A DNA stretch of 64,000 nucleotides, taken from NCBI RefSeq assembly GCF_058153355.1, contig NZ_CM177019.1; one strand, 5' to 3'. The number at the start of each line of letters is the position of its first letter. The stretch's first letter is position 1. Under the pieces are notes generated by a model. The model ran no database searches and was not told the origin of the DNA. It saw only the letters and a list, made by a program, of their open reading frames with translations. Below are positions 1-15,335 of this stretch, one piece after another. The translations under genes and the position numbers were made by a program.

Positions 1-90
1 TGGATCTTCAAAATCAAAGCCAGCGATGAAAGCGAACTGGAATCACTGCTGGATGCGACCGCATACGAAGCATTGTTAGAAGACGAGTAA
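1..90 (+). CDS. gcvH: glycine cleavage system H protein, 3' end (partial, start outside window)
   Basis: Frame ending at TAA 88-90 translates ...[29 protein letters not shown], matching the GcvH C-terminus as recalled; immediately upstream of gcvP. Confidence 0.85.
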   Translation, partial: WIFKIKASDESELESLLDATAYEALLEDE

Positions 91-208
91 CAGCTTTATT
101 CCTCTTCTGCGGAAGAGGATCAGGGTGAGGAACATTTACGCCTCACCCTCACTCTCTTCGCAAGGAGAGAGGTTCACAATTCACTGCACGTTTCAGGAAC
201 CATCGCTC

Positions 209-3082
209 ATGACACAGACGTTAAGCCAGCTTGAAAACAGCGGCGCTTTTATTGAACGCCATATCGGACCGGACGCCGCGCAACAGCAAGAAATGCTGAA
301 TGCCGTTGGCGCACAATCGTTAAACGCGCTGACCGGCCAGATTGTGCCGAAAGATATTCAGCTTGCGACCCCGCCGCAGGTTGGCGCACCGGCGACCGAA
401 TACGCCGCGCTGGCGGAGCTCAAGGCTATTGCCAGTCGCAATAAACGCTTCACGTCTTACATCGGCATGGGTTACACCGCCGTGCAGCTACCGCCGGTTA
501 TTCTGCGTAACATGCTGGAAAATCCGGGCTGGTATACCGCGTATACTCCGTATCAACCTGAAGTCTCCCAGGGCCGCCTTGAAGCACTGCTCAACTTCCA
601 GCAGGTAACGCTGGATTTGACCGGGCTGGATATGGCTTCGGCTTCTCTTCTTGACGAAGCCACTGCTGCTGCCGAAGCAATGGCGATGGCAAAACGCGTC
701 AGTAAACTGAAAAATGCCAACCGCTTCTTCGTTGCTTCTGACGTGCATCCGCAAACCTTAGATGTAGTACGTACACGCGCAGAAACCTTTGGTTTTGAAG
801 TGATTGTCGACGATGCGCAAAAAGTTCTCGATCACCAGGACGTCTTCGGCGTGCTGTTACAGCAGGTTGGCACTACCGGTGAAATTCACGACTACACTGC
901 GCTTATCAGCGAACTGAAATCACGCAAAATTGTGGTCAGCGTCGCCGCCGATATTATGGCGCTGGTGCTGTTAACCGCGCCGGGTAAACAGGGCGCGGAT
1001 ATTGTCTTTGGTTCGGCGCAACGCTTCGGCGTGCCGATGGGCTACGGTGGCCCACATGCGGCATTCTTTGCGGCGAAAGATGAATACAAACGCTCAATGC
1101 CGGGCCGTATTATTGGTGTATCGAAAGATGCTGCGGGCAATACCGCGCTGCGCATGGCGATGCAGACTCGCGAGCAACATATTCGCCGTGAGAAAGCGAA
1201 CTCCAACATTTGTACTTCCCAGGTACTGCTGGCAAACATCGCCAGCCTGTATGCCGTTTATCACGGCCCGGTTGGCCTGAAACGTATCGCTAATCGCATC
1301 CACCGTCTGACCGATATCCTGGCAGCGGGCCTGCAACAAAAAGGTCTGAAGCTGCGCCATGCGCACTATTTCGATACTTTGTGTGTGGAAGTGGCCGACA
1401 AAGCGGGCGTGCTGGCGCGTGCCGAAGCGGCTGAAATCAACCTGCGTAGCGATATTCTGAATGCGGTTGGGATCACCCTTGATGAAACCACCACGCGCGA
1501 AAACGTGATGCAGCTTTTCAGCGTACTGCTGGGCGATAATCACGGACTGGACATCGACACGCTGGACAAAGACGTGGCTCACGACAGCCGTTCTATTCAG
1601 CCTGCAATGCTGCGCGATGACGAAATTCTCACCCATCCGGTGTTTAATCGCTACCACAGCGAAACCGAAATGATGCGCTATATGCACTCGCTGGAGCGTA
1701 AAGATCTGGCGCTGAATCAGGCGATGATCCCGCTGGGTTCCTGCACCATGAAACTGAACGCCGCCGCCGAGATGATCCCAATCACCTGGCCGGAATTTGC
1801 CGAACTGCACCCGTTCTGCCCGCCGGAACAGGCCGAAGGTTATCAGCAGATGATCGCGCAACTGGCTGACTGGCTGGTGAAACTGACCGGTTACGACGCC
1901 GTCTGTATGCAGCCGAACTCTGGCGCTCAGGGCGAATACGCGGGGCTGCTGGCGATTCGTCATTATCATGAAAGCCGCAACGAAGGGCATCGCGATATCT
2001 GCCTGATCCCGGCTTCTGCGCATGGCACTAACCCGGCTTCCGCGCATATGGCAGGAATGCAGGTGGTGGTTGTGGCGTGTGATAAAAACGGCAACATCGA
2101 TCTGACTGACCTGCGCGCGAAAGCGGAGCAGGCGGGCGATAATCTCTCCTGCATTATGGTGACCTATCCTTCCACCCACGGCGTGTACGAAGAAACGATC
2201 CGTGAAGTGTGTGAAATCGTGCATCAGTTCGGCGGTCAGGTTTACCTTGATGGCGCGAACATGAACGCTCAGGTTGGCATCACTTCGCCGGGCTTTATTG
2301 GCGCGGACGTTTCGCACCTTAACCTGCATAAAACTTTCTGCATTCCGCACGGCGGTGGTGGTCCGGGTATGGGACCGATCGGTGTGAAAGCGCATTTGGC
2401 ACCGTTTGTTCCGGGTCATAGTGTGGTGCAAATCGAAGGCATGTTAACCCGTCAGGGCGCGGTTTCTGCGGCACCGTTCGGTAGCGCTTCTATTCTGCCA
2501 ATTAGCTGGATGTACATCCGCATGATGGGCGCAGAAGGGCTGAAAAAAGCAAGCCAGGTGGCAATTCTTAACGCCAACTATATTGCCAGCCGCCTGCAGG
2601 ATGCCTTCCCGGTGCTGTATACCGGTCGCGACGGTCGCGTGGCGCACGAATGTATTCTCGATATTCGCCCGCTGAAAGAAGAAACCGGCATCAGCGAGCT
2701 GGATATTGCCAAGCGCCTGATCGACTACGGTTTTCACGCGCCGACTATGTCGTTCCCGGTGGCGGGGACGCTGATGGTAGAACCGACTGAATCTGAAAGC
2801 AAAGTGGAACTGGATCGCTTTATCGATGCGATGCTGTCTATCCGCGCAGAAATCGACCAGGTGAAAGCCGGTGTTTGGCCGCTGGAAGATAACCCGCTAG
2901 TGAACGCGCCGCACATTCAGAGCGAACTGGTCGCCGAGTGGGCGCATCCGTACAGCCGTGAAGTTGCAGTATTCCCGGCAGGCGTGGCAGACAAATACTG
3001 GCCGACAGTGAAACGTCTGGATGATGTTTATGGCGACCGTAACCTGTTCTGCTCCTGCGTACCGATTAGCGAATACCAGTAA
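209..3082 (+). CDS. gcvP: glycine dehydrogenase (decarboxylating), glycine cleavage system P protein
   Basis: ORF 125..3082; likely start is the internal ATG at 209 ([22 protein letters not shown]...), giving 957 aa with the PLP-dependent GcvP sequence. Confidence 0.95.
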   Translation: MTQTLSQLENSGAFIERHIGPDAAQQQEMLNAVGAQSLNALTGQIVPKDIQLATPPQVGAPATEYAALAELKAIASRNKRFTSYIGMGYTAVQLPPVILRNMLENPGWYTAYTPYQPEVSQGRLEALLNFQQVTLDLTGLDMASASLLDEATAAAEAMAMAKRVSKLKNANRFFVASDVHPQTLDVVRTRAETFGFEVIVDDAQKVLDHQDVFGVLLQQVGTTGEIHDYTALISELKSRKIVVSVAADIMALVLLTAPGKQGADIVFGSAQRFGVPMGYGGPHAAFFAAKDEYKRSMPGRIIGVSKDAAGNTALRMAMQTREQHIRREKANSNICTSQVLLANIASLYAVYHGPVGLKRIANRIHRLTDILAAGLQQKGLKLRHAHYFDTLCVEVADKAGVLARAEAAEINLRSDILNAVGITLDETTTRENVMQLFSVLLGDNHGLDIDTLDKDVAHDSRSIQPAMLRDDEILTHPVFNRYHSETEMMRYMHSLERKDLALNQAMIPLGSCTMKLNAAAEMIPITWPEFAELHPFCPPEQAEGYQQMIAQLADWLVKLTGYDAVCMQPNSGAQGEYAGLLAIRHYHESRNEGHRDICLIPASAHGTNPASAHMAGMQVVVVACDKNGNIDLTDLRAKAEQAGDNLSCIMVTYPSTHGVYEETIREVCEIVHQFGGQVYLDGANMNAQVGITSPGFIGADVSHLNLHKTFCIPHGGGGPGMGPIGVKAHLAPFVPGHSVVQIEGMLTRQGAVSAAPFGSASILPISWMYIRMMGAEGLKKASQVAILNANYIASRLQDAFPVLYTGRDGRVAHECILDIRPLKEETGISELDIAKRLIDYGFHAPTMSFPVAGTLMVEPTESESKVELDRFIDAMLSIRAEIDQVKAGVWPLEDNPLVNAPHIQSELVAEWAHPYSREVAVFPAGVADKYWPTVKRLDDVYGDRNLFCSCVPISEYQ

Positions 3083-3148
3083 TTTACTGATCCGACTATC
3101 TTCTAAAGGCGCTTCGGCGCCTTTGACACTGATGTCAAACTCAACATT

Positions 3149-3248
3149 GCCTGATACACCTCGTTTATCAGGCCTACATAGTCTGTGCAATGTATTGAAT
3201 TTGCACGATTTTGTAGGCTGGATAAGGCGTTCACGCCGCATCCGGCAT
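3149..3248. repeat. pair of REP (repetitive extragenic palindromic) elements in the gcvP-ygfF intergenic region
   Basis: gcctgatacacctcgtttatcaggcctac (3149-3177) and gtaggctggataaggcgttcacgccgcatccggca (3214-3248) match the E. coli REP consensus as recalled. Confidence 0.7.
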
Positions 3249-3277
3249 AATAAAAGCACTTTGTCATCAATAATTTG

Positions 3278-3305
3278 AAAGGCGCTTCGGCGCCTTTATT
3301 TTTTT
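3278..3305 (+). terminator. intrinsic terminator-like hairpin followed by a T-run
   Basis: aaaggcgcttcggcgccttt (perfect 8-bp stem, tetraloop) followed by atttttttt; an identical hairpin without T-run occurs at 3105-3124. Confidence 0.6.
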
Positions 3306-3315
3306 AGGAAAACAA

Positions 3316-4059
3316 ATGACTATAGCACTTGTGACCGGTGGCAGTCGCGGCATCGGGCGGGCAACTGCATTACTGTTGGCGCAAGAAGGATATACGGTGG
3401 CGGTTAATTATCAGCAAAACCGCCACGCAGCGCAGGAAGTTGTGAACTTAATAACTGAAGCAGGTGGCAAAGCGTTTGCGCTCCAGGCGGATATCAGTGA
3501 CGAAAATCAGGTCATCGCAATGTTTACAGCAATCGATCAGCACGATGAACCGCTAGCCGCGCTGGTCAATAACGCCGGGATCTTGTTTACCCAGTGCACC
3601 GTAGAAAACCTTACCGCAGAGCGAATCAACCGGGTACTTTCCACCAATGTGACGGGATATTTTCTCTGTTGCCGCGAGGCGGTAAAACGCATGGCGCTTA
3701 AAAATGGCGGTAATGGCGGTGCTATCGTCAATGTCTCTTCAGTGGCCTCACGGCTGGGATCTCCGGGGGAATACGTTGATTATGCGGCCTCGAAAGGGGC
3801 GATTGATACGTTAACCACCGGACTATCGCTGGAAGTCGCCGCGCAGGGGATCCGCGTTAACGGCGTGCGGCCAGGGTTTATTTATACCGAAATGCACGCC
3901 AGCGGTGGCGAGCCTGGACGCGTTGATCGCGTTAAGTCGAATATCCCCATGCAGCGTGGCGGACAGGCGGAAGAGGTCGCGCAGGCCATCGTCTGGCTGT
4001 TAAGTGATAAAGCCTCTTATGTCACGGGAAGTTTTATCGATTTGGCGGGTGGAAAATAA
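3316..4059 (+). CDS. ygfF: short-chain dehydrogenase/reductase family oxidoreductase
   Basis: 247-aa ORF with N-terminal TGGSRGIG Rossmann motif and SDR catalytic region; position downstream of gcvP as in K-12. Confidence 0.9.
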   Translation: MTIALVTGGSRGIGRATALLLAQEGYTVAVNYQQNRHAAQEVVNLITEAGGKAFALQADISDENQVIAMFTAIDQHDEPLAALVNNAGILFTQCTVENLTAERINRVLSTNVTGYFLCCREAVKRMALKNGGNGGAIVNVSSVASRLGSPGEYVDYAASKGAIDTLTTGLSLEVAAQGIRVNGVRPGFIYTEMHASGGEPGRVDRVKSNIPMQRGGQAEEVAQAIVWLLSDKASYVTGSFIDLAGGK

Positions 4060-4120
4060 AACAGGACAGTTGTCTGACCGGATGCAACGCAACAAGTATT
4101 GCATCCGGTACTTCATCGAC

Positions 4121-5581
<1,461 letters not shown>

Positions 5582-5598
5582 TTACAGGAAATAGTACC

Positions 5599-5910
5599 AT
5601 GCAGCCAAACGACATCACTTTTTTTCAACGTTTCCAGGATGACATTCTGGCTGGGCGTAAAACCATCACCATCCGCGACGAGTCTGAATCGCACTTCAAA
5701 ACGGGTGATGTGCTTCGTGTCGGGCGCTTTGAAGATGACGGTTATTTTTGCACGATTGAAGTCACTGCAACCTCAACCGTAACGCTGGATACACTGACGG
5801 AAAAACATGCAGAGCAGGAAAATATGCCCCTGACTGATCTGAAAAAGGTCATTGCCGATATCTATCCCGGCCAGACACAGTTTTATGTGATTGAATTTAA
5901 ATGCCTTTAA
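5599..5910 (+). CDS. yqfB: ASCH-domain protein YqfB (N4-acetylcytidine amidohydrolase family)
   Basis: 103-aa [33 protein letters not shown]..., recognised as YqfB. Confidence 0.85.
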   Translation: MQPNDITFFQRFQDDILAGRKTITIRDESESHFKTGDVLRVGRFEDDGYFCTIEVTATSTVTLDTLTEKHAEQENMPLTDLKKVIADIYPGQTQFYVIEFKCL

Positions 5911-6070
5911 ATTGAACTCACGCCTGTTAGTTGAAATTTCGCATTTAATTTCATGATTTTTCGGAGATTAGTCTCAAATCAGAATTTATTTTAGCTAACA
6001 GGTGTTCACTGGAACTATTCTCAGTTACGCTGGAGAAGTGTTCACGTGCGTGTACGTTTCTCCGGAGTAA

Positions 6071-6733
<663 letters not shown>

Positions 6734-6745
6734 TGAGTGTGCCTT

Positions 6746-6776
<31 letters not shown>

Positions 6777-6806
6777 TCTACCCCGGTTTCCCAGATTGCA
6801 GGCATG

Positions 6807-8185
<1,379 letters not shown>

Positions 8186-8207
8186 GTCGCCGGAGCGATA
8201 CAGAGAT

Positions 8208-9188
8208 TTACTCTTCGAGCGAATACGGCAGCGGCTCGATATGCAATGTATTCATATCGTCGCGTACGCGGAAGATGCTGTCCGGTTCCATATCGTTATT
8301 CATGACGACCTGTACCACGACCTGACCATCTTCCAGTTTTACCGCAGCCAGCACCGTACCGGTACGACGCCAGTTCTCGCCCATTTTCAGCTCTAAATCT
8401 TCACCCGCTTCCGGCAGTCGGCTGGCGCTACCTGCCAGCAGCCAGAGGGCACGTTTGTTGGCACCGCGGAATTTAGCTCGTGCCACCATCTCTTGTCCGG
8501 TATAACAGCCTTTTTTAAAGCTGATGCCGCCCAGCGCCTGGAGGTTGGTCGCCTGTGGGATAAACTGCCCGCTGTTGGCGGCATCAATCACCGGAAAACC
8601 CGCTTCAATGTTTAATGCCAGCCACTGTTGGCTATTGTTCAGTTCCGCTTCACCGCGCAGTTTATCGGTCAGCGTATTGGCGGTAGCTTCATCGGTTACG
8701 ATCAGGAAACGTTCTGCTGGGTGTTCAAACCATAGCAGGGTAGTCGCACCTTCTCTGATAACCTGCTTTTCCTTCGAAGGTAATTCACTAAAGAGGTTAG
8801 CCAGCGCAGCGCGTGCCTGAAAACCGGCAACACCAAGCAGCACACGTTCATCGTCTGGCGCGATGGTCACTTTAGAGAACACCGCATATTTTTTCAGTTC
8901 AGTCAGTTGCGACTCGCGCACGCTGCGCCGTTCAATCCACGCAAAGCCATCGCCGTCGCGGAACAGACGTAAATTGCTCCACATTTTACCTTTGGCGTCG
9001 CAATGGGCGGCGAGCAGGTGCTGATCTTCTGTCATCTGGCTGACATCTGCTGTCACCTGACCCTGCATATATTTTTCGCTGTCCGTGCCAGTAATGGTGG
9101 CAAGCGCCCAGTCATCAAGCGTCATCAGCGTCAGCGGTAAACGGGCAGAAGCCGTAGGCTGACGGGGAGGAAAAGGTGTAAAAGCCAT
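8208..9188 (-). CDS. ygfZ: tRNA-modifying folate-binding protein YgfZ
   Basis: ORF 8208..9254; start assigned to the internal Met ([34 protein letters not shown]...), 326 aa. Confidence 0.9.
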   Translation of the reverse strand: MAFTPFPPRQPTASARLPLTLMTLDDWALATITGTDSEKYMQGQVTADVSQMTEDQHLLAAHCDAKGKMWSNLRLFRDGDGFAWIERRSVRESQLTELKKYAVFSKVTIAPDDERVLLGVAGFQARAALANLFSELPSKEKQVIREGATTLLWFEHPAERFLIVTDEATANTLTDKLRGEAELNNSQQWLALNIEAGFPVIDAANSGQFIPQATNLQALGGISFKKGCYTGQEMVARAKFRGANKRALWLLAGSASRLPEAGEDLELKMGENWRRTGTVLAAVKLEDGQVVVQVVMNNDMEPDSIFRVRDDMNTLHIEPLPYSLEE

Positions 9189-9427
9189 AATGGAGTCCTG
9201 TTTTACAAACGGCGTATTTATGACTAATGGTAAAAGAGCTATGAGGCAATGCAAGTGCTTTCACTACGCGATCTGTGCCTTCTGATATGCTTTGCGAGGC
9301 GACTTCCAAAAAAATGAAGCCCTTGAAATATTGTGGGTTAATTTCGCGATCGCGATTGTGTTTACTGATATTCCCGCAAAAGAAGTCGAAAAACACGTTA
9401 CAATAGCCTGGTACTGGATTTTCGTGA

Positions 9428-10094
<667 letters not shown>

Positions 10095-10133
10095 AGATGA
10101 CGGCAAAGGCTGTGTGCTAAGCCGTCAGTGACA

Positions 10134-10655
10134 TCAGGCGTAATGCTCTGCCATTTCGTTGAGGATTTGCTCGCACCAGCTCTGAATACGCTCGTCGCTA
10201 AGGTCATACTGGTTAGTTTCGTCCAGTGCCAGACCCACGAACAGTTGCCCGTCAGCAATCACCGGTTTCGGGCTGGTAAACTCATATCCTTCCGTTGGCC
10301 AGTAGCCGACGAACTTCACGCCTTTGGTCGAGAGTTTGTCATGCAGCATGCCGAGCGCATCGAGGAACCACTCGCCGTACCCCAGTTGATCGCCAAGCCC
10401 ATACAGCGCAACAATTTTACCTTCGAGATTCAGGTCGTCGAGCTGATCCCAGACGGCTTCCCAGTCTTCCTGGATTTCGCCAAAATCCCAGGTCGGGATA
10501 CCCAGAATGAGCACATCGTACTGCTCCATTAATTTCGGGGAGTCGTCCTTGAGGTTATGTAAGGTCACCAGTTCTGGGCCGATAATATCGCGGATTTTTT
10601 CTGCCGCCATTTCGGTATAACAGGTGCTGGAACCATAAAAAAGACCCATATTCAT
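10134..10655 (-). CDS. fldB: flavodoxin 2
   Basis: 173-aa [26 protein letters not shown]..., long-chain flavodoxin. Confidence 0.9.
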
Positions 10656-10766
10656 AACGTAAGCTTCTCGATTCTGCTGTGGCTTTTGCGGCTAGTGTAT
10701 CAGAATCGCTTTAGTCACGGCACAATAAGGCATAATGGATCAAATGAGTGACCATAAGGGGCGCAA

Positions 10767-11663
10767 GTGAAACAGGATCTGGCACGCATCGAGCAGTTTC
10801 TTGATGCTCTGTGGCTGGAAAAAAATCTGGCTGAAAATACGTTGAACGCATACCGTCGCGATCTGTCAATGATGGTGGAGTGGTTGCATCACCGCGGGTT
10901 GACGCTGGCGACGGCGCAAAGTGACGATTTGCAGGCATTACTGGCAGAACGGCTGGAGGGCGGGTATAAAGCCACCAGCTCAGCGCGTTTGCTGAGTGCA
11001 GTGCGACGATTGTTCCAGTATCTTTATCGCGAAAACTTTCGTGAAGACGATCCCAGCGCGCATCTGGCTTCGCCGAAATTGCCCCAGCGTTTGCCAAAAG
11101 ATTTAAGCGAAGCGCAGGTCGAACGATTATTACAGGCACCATTAATTGATCAGCCACTGGAGCTGCGCGATAAAGCCATGCTTGAAGTGTTGTATGCTAC
11201 CGGGCTGCGTGTCTCTGAACTGGTCGGGCTGACAATGAGTGATATCAGCCTGCGTCAGGGCGTAGTGCGGGTCATTGGTAAAGGCAACAAAGAACGCCTT
11301 GTGCCGTTAGGTGAAGAGGCGGTTTACTGGCTGGAAACTTATCTGGAACACGGGCGACCGTGGTTGCTAAACGGTGTGTCGATTGACGTGTTGTTTCCCA
11401 GCCAGCGCGCGCAGCAGATGACGAGACAAACCTTCTGGCACCGCATTAAACATTATGCTGTGCTGGCGGGGATCGACAGCGAAAAGCTGTCACCGCATGT
11501 GTTGCGTCACGCCTTTGCCACTCATTTATTAAATCATGGTGCGGATTTACGCGTGGTTCAGATGCTACTGGGCCACAGCGATCTTTCCACCACGCAAATT
11601 TATACGCATGTCGCTACCGAGCGTCTGCGGCAACTTCATCAACAGCATCACCCGCGGGCGTGA
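10767..11663 (+). CDS. xerD: site-specific tyrosine recombinase XerD
   Basis: 298-aa ORF with conserved R..HxxR..Y catalytic residues (HVLRHAFATHLL, LGHSDLSTTQIYTH). Confidence 0.95.
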   Translation: MKQDLARIEQFLDALWLEKNLAENTLNAYRRDLSMMVEWLHHRGLTLATAQSDDLQALLAERLEGGYKATSSARLLSAVRRLFQYLYRENFREDDPSAHLASPKLPQRLPKDLSEAQVERLLQAPLIDQPLELRDKAMLEVLYATGLRVSELVGLTMSDISLRQGVVRVIGKGNKERLVPLGEEAVYWLETYLEHGRPWLLNGVSIDVLFPSQRAQQMTRQTFWHRIKHYAVLAGIDSEKLSPHVLRHAFATHLLNHGADLRVVQMLLGHSDLSTTQIYTHVATERLRQLHQQHHPRA

Positions 11664-11687
11664 TGTCTGAAAAGAACGGGAAGATTT

Positions 11688-12398
11688 ATGAAGAAAGGTT
11701 TTATGTTATTTACGTTGTTGGCGGCGTTTTCTGGTTTTGCTCAGGCTGATGACGCGGCAATTCAACAAACGTTAGCCAAAATGGGCATCAAAAGCAGCGA
11801 TATTCAGCCTGCACCCGTGGCTGGCATGAAGACAGTTCTGACTAACAGCGGTGTGTTGTACATCACCGATGACGGTAAACATATCATTCAGGGGCCAATG
11901 TATGACGTTAGCGGAACGGCTCCGGTCAATGTCACCAATAAGATGCTGTTAAAGCAACTGAACGCGCTTGAAAACGAGATGATCGTTTATAAAGCGCCGC
12001 AGGAAAAACACGTCATTACCGTGTTTACTGATATTACCTGTGGTTACTGCCACAAACTGCATGAGCAAATGGCAGACTACAACGCGCTGGGGATCACCGT
12101 GCGTTATCTTGCTTTCCCTCGCCAGGGGCTGGAGAGCCAGGCTGAGCAACAAATGAAAGCCATCTGGTGTGCGAAAGATAAAAAGAAAGCGTTTGATGAT
12201 GTGATGGCGGGTAAAGCTGCCACTCCGGCAAGTTGCGATATCGATATTGCCGATCATTACGCACTTGGCGTCCAGCTTGGCGTTAGTGGCACTCCGGCAA
12301 TTGTGCTGAGCAATGGCACACTTGTTCCGGGTTACCAGCCGCCGAAAGAGATGAAAGAATTCCTCGACGAACACCAAAAAATGACCAGCGGTAAATAA
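11688..12398 (+). CDS. dsbC: thiol:disulfide interchange protein DsbC
   Basis: 236-aa ORF with signal peptide and CGYC active site. Confidence 0.95.
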   Translation: MKKGFMLFTLLAAFSGFAQADDAAIQQTLAKMGIKSSDIQPAPVAGMKTVLTNSGVLYITDDGKHIIQGPMYDVSGTAPVNVTNKMLLKQLNALENEMIVYKAPQEKHVITVFTDITCGYCHKLHEQMADYNALGITVRYLAFPRQGLESQAEQQMKAIWCAKDKKKAFDDVMAGKAATPASCDIDIADHYALGVQLGVSGTPAIVLSNGTLVPGYQPPKEMKEFLDEHQKMTSGK

Positions 12399-12403
12399 TT
12401 CGC

Positions 12404-14137
12404 GTGAAACAACAGATACAACTTCGTCGCCGTGAAGTCGATGAAACGGCAGACTTGCCCGCTGAATTGCCTCCCTTGCTGCGCCGTTTATATGCCAGCC
12501 GGGGAGTACGCAGTGCGCAAGAACTGGAACGTAGTGTAAAAGGTATGCTGCCCTGGCAGCAACTGAGCGGCGTCGAAAAGGCCGTTGAGATCCTTTACAA
12601 CGCTTTTCGCGAAGGAACGCGGATTATGGTGGTCGGTGACTTCGACGCCGACGGTGCCACCAGCACGGCTCTAAGCGTGCTGGCGATGCGCTCGCTTGGT
12701 TGCAGCAATATCGACTACCTGGTACCAAACCGTTTCGAAGACGGTTACGGCTTAAGCCCGGAAGTGGTCGATCAGGCCCATGCCCGTGGCGCGCAGTTAA
12801 TTGTCACGGTGGATAACGGCATTTCCTCCCATGCGGGGGTTGAACATGCTCGATCGTTGGGCATTCCGGTTATTGTTACCGATCACCATTTGCCGGGCGA
12901 AACATTACCCGCGGCGGAAGCGATCATTAACCCTAACTTGCGCGACTGCAATTTCCCGTCGAAATCACTGGCAGGCGTGGGTGTGGCGTTTTATTTAATG
13001 CTGGCGCTGCGCACCTTTTTGCGTGATCAGGGCTGGTTTGATGAGCGCGGCATCGCAATTCCTAACCTGGCAGAACTGCTGGATCTGGTCGCGTTGGGGA
13101 CAGTGGCGGACGTCGTGCCGCTGGACGCTAATAATCGCATTCTGACCTGGCAGGGGATGAGTCGCATCCGTGCCGGAAAGTGCCGTCCAGGGATTAAAGC
13201 GTTGCTGGAAGTGGCCAACCGCGATGCGCAAAAACTCGCCGCCAGCGATTTAGGTTTTGCGCTGGGGCCACGTCTCAATGCAGCTGGGAGACTGGATGAT
13301 ATGTCCGTTGGTGTGGCGCTGTTGCTGTGCGACAACATCGGCGAAGCGCGAGTACTGGCAAATGAACTCGATGCGCTAAACCAGACGCGAAAAGAGATCG
13401 AACAGGGAATGCAGGTTGAAGCCCTGACCCTGTGCGAGAAACTGGAGCGCAGCCGCGACACGCTACCCGGCGGGCTGGCAATGTATCACCCGGAATGGCA
13501 TCAGGGCGTGGTTGGTATTCTGGCTTCGCGTATTAAAGAGCGTTTTCACCGTCCGGTTATCGCTTTTGCGCCTGCGGGTGACGGTACGCTGAAAGGTTCC
13601 GGTCGCTCCATTCAGGGGCTGCATATGCGTGATGCGCTGGAGCGGCTAGACACACTCTACCCCGGCATGATGCTGAAGTTTGGCGGTCATGCGATGGCGG
13701 CAGGCCTGTCGCTGGAAGAGGATAAATTCGAACTCTTTCAGCAACGGTTTGGCGAACTGGTTACTGAGTGGCTGGACCCTTCGCTATTGCAAGGCGAAGT
13801 GGTGTCAGACGGTCCGCTAAGCCCAGCCGAAATGACCATGGAAGTGGCGCAGCTGCTGCGCGATGCTGGCCCGTGGGGGCAGATGTTCCCGGAGCCGCTG
13901 TTTGACGGTCATTTCCGTCTGCTGCAACAGCGACTGGTGGGTGAACGTCATTTGAAAGTCATGGTCGAACCGGTCGGCGGCGGTCCGCTGCTGGACGGTA
14001 TTGCTTTTAATGTCGATACCGCCCTCTGGCCGGATAACGGCGTGCGCGAAGTGCAACTGGCTTACAAGCTGGATATCAACGAGTTTCGTGGCAACCGCAG
14101 CCTGCAAATTATCATCGACAATATCTGGCCAATTTAG
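12404..14137 (+). CDS. recJ: single-stranded-DNA-specific exonuclease RecJ
   Basis: 577-aa ORF, GTG start, DHH motifs (VVGDFDADGATS, DHH). Confidence 0.95.
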   Translation: MKQQIQLRRREVDETADLPAELPPLLRRLYASRGVRSAQELERSVKGMLPWQQLSGVEKAVEILYNAFREGTRIMVVGDFDADGATSTALSVLAMRSLGCSNIDYLVPNRFEDGYGLSPEVVDQAHARGAQLIVTVDNGISSHAGVEHARSLGIPVIVTDHHLPGETLPAAEAIINPNLRDCNFPSKSLAGVGVAFYLMLALRTFLRDQGWFDERGIAIPNLAELLDLVALGTVADVVPLDANNRILTWQGMSRIRAGKCRPGIKALLEVANRDAQKLAASDLGFALGPRLNAAGRLDDMSVGVALLLCDNIGEARVLANELDALNQTRKEIEQGMQVEALTLCEKLERSRDTLPGGLAMYHPEWHQGVVGILASRIKERFHRPVIAFAPAGDGTLKGSGRSIQGLHMRDALERLDTLYPGMMLKFGGHAMAAGLSLEEDKFELFQQRFGELVTEWLDPSLLQGEVVSDGPLSPAEMTMEVAQLLRDAGPWGQMFPEPLFDGHFRLLQQRLVGERHLKVMVEPVGGGPLLDGIAFNVDTALWPDNGVREVQLAYKLDINEFRGNRSLQIIIDNIWPI

Positions 14138-14227
14138 CGTCATATTATCTATAAAAAAGAGCGTGGATTGGGTACAATCCCGCTCTTATCACCGCATTTT
14201 GACTAGCTCAATAAAAGAAATCAGACC

Positions 14228-15326
14228 ATGTTTGAAATTAATCCGGTAAATAATCGCATTCAGGACCTCACGGAACGCTCCGACGTTCTTAGGGGGTATC
14301 TTTGACTACGACGCCAAGAAAGAGCGTCTGGAAGAAGTAAACGCCGAGCTGGAACAGCCGGATGTCTGGAACGAACCCGAACGCGCACAGGCGCTGGGTA
14401 AAGAGCGTTCCTCCCTCGAAGCCGTTGTCGACACCCTCGACCAAATGAAACAGGGGCTGGAAGATGTTTCTGGTCTGCTGGAGCTGGCTGTAGAAGCTGA
14501 CGACGAAGAAACCTTTAACGAAGCCGTTGCTGAACTCGACGCCCTGGAAGAAAAACTGGCGCAGCTTGAGTTCCGTCGTATGTTCTCTGGCGAATATGAT
14601 AGCGCCGACTGCTACCTCGATATTCAGGCAGGTTCTGGCGGTACGGAAGCACAGGACTGGGCGAGCATGCTTGAGCGTATGTATCTGCGCTGGGCTGAAT
14701 CGCGTGGTTTCAAAACTGAAATCATCGAAGAGTCGGAAGGTGAAGTGGCGGGTATTAAATCCGTGACTATCAAAATCTCCGGCGATTACGCTTACGGCTG
14801 GCTGCGTACTGAAACCGGCGTTCACCGCCTGGTGCGCAAGAGCCCGTTTGACTCCGGCGGTCGTCGCCACACGTCGTTCAGCTCCGCGTTTGTTTACCCG
14901 GAAGTCGATGATGATATCGATATCGAAATCAATCCGGCGGATCTGCGCATCGACGTTTATCGCGCATCCGGCGCGGGTGGTCAGCACGTTAACCGTACCG
15001 AATCTGCGGTGCGTATTACTCACATCCCAACCGGGATTGTGACCCAATGCCAGAACGACCGTTCCCAGCACAAGAACAAAGACCAGGCCATGAAGCAGAT
15101 GAAAGCGAAGCTTTATGAACTGGAGATGCAGAAGAAAAATGCCGAGAAACAGGCGATGGAAGATAACAAATCTGACATCGGCTGGGGCAGCCAGATTCGT
15201 TCTTATGTCCTTGATGACTCCCGCATTAAAGATCTGCGTACCGGGGTAGAAACTCGTAACACGCAGGCAGTGCTGGACGGCAGCCTGGATCAATTTATCG
15301 AAGCAAGTTTGAAAGCAGGGTTATGA
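14228..15326 (+). CDS. prfB: peptide chain release factor 2, requires programmed +1 ribosomal frameshift
   Basis: ATG at 14228; frame 0 reaches CUU UGA at 14300-14305, preceded by SD-like AGGGGG; the +1 frame from 14304 continues into the 293-aa ORF ending 15326, which contains the GGQ motif. Confidence 0.92.
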
Positions 15327-15335
15327 GGAACCAAC

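Noticed and set aside
125-208. N-terminal extension of gcvP from ATG 125
   Set aside because: The extension translates through upstream hairpin sequences; the conserved GcvP N-terminus begins at the Met at 209.
1094-2431. 445-aa ORF antisense to gcvP
   Set aside because: Shadow ORF on the opposite strand of a well-supported, GC-rich conserved gene; no RBS or homology support.
6001-6048. Two GTGTTCAC motifs upstream of yqfA as a regulator site
   Set aside because: Only two short copies with no clear match to a known operator consensus; too weak to call.
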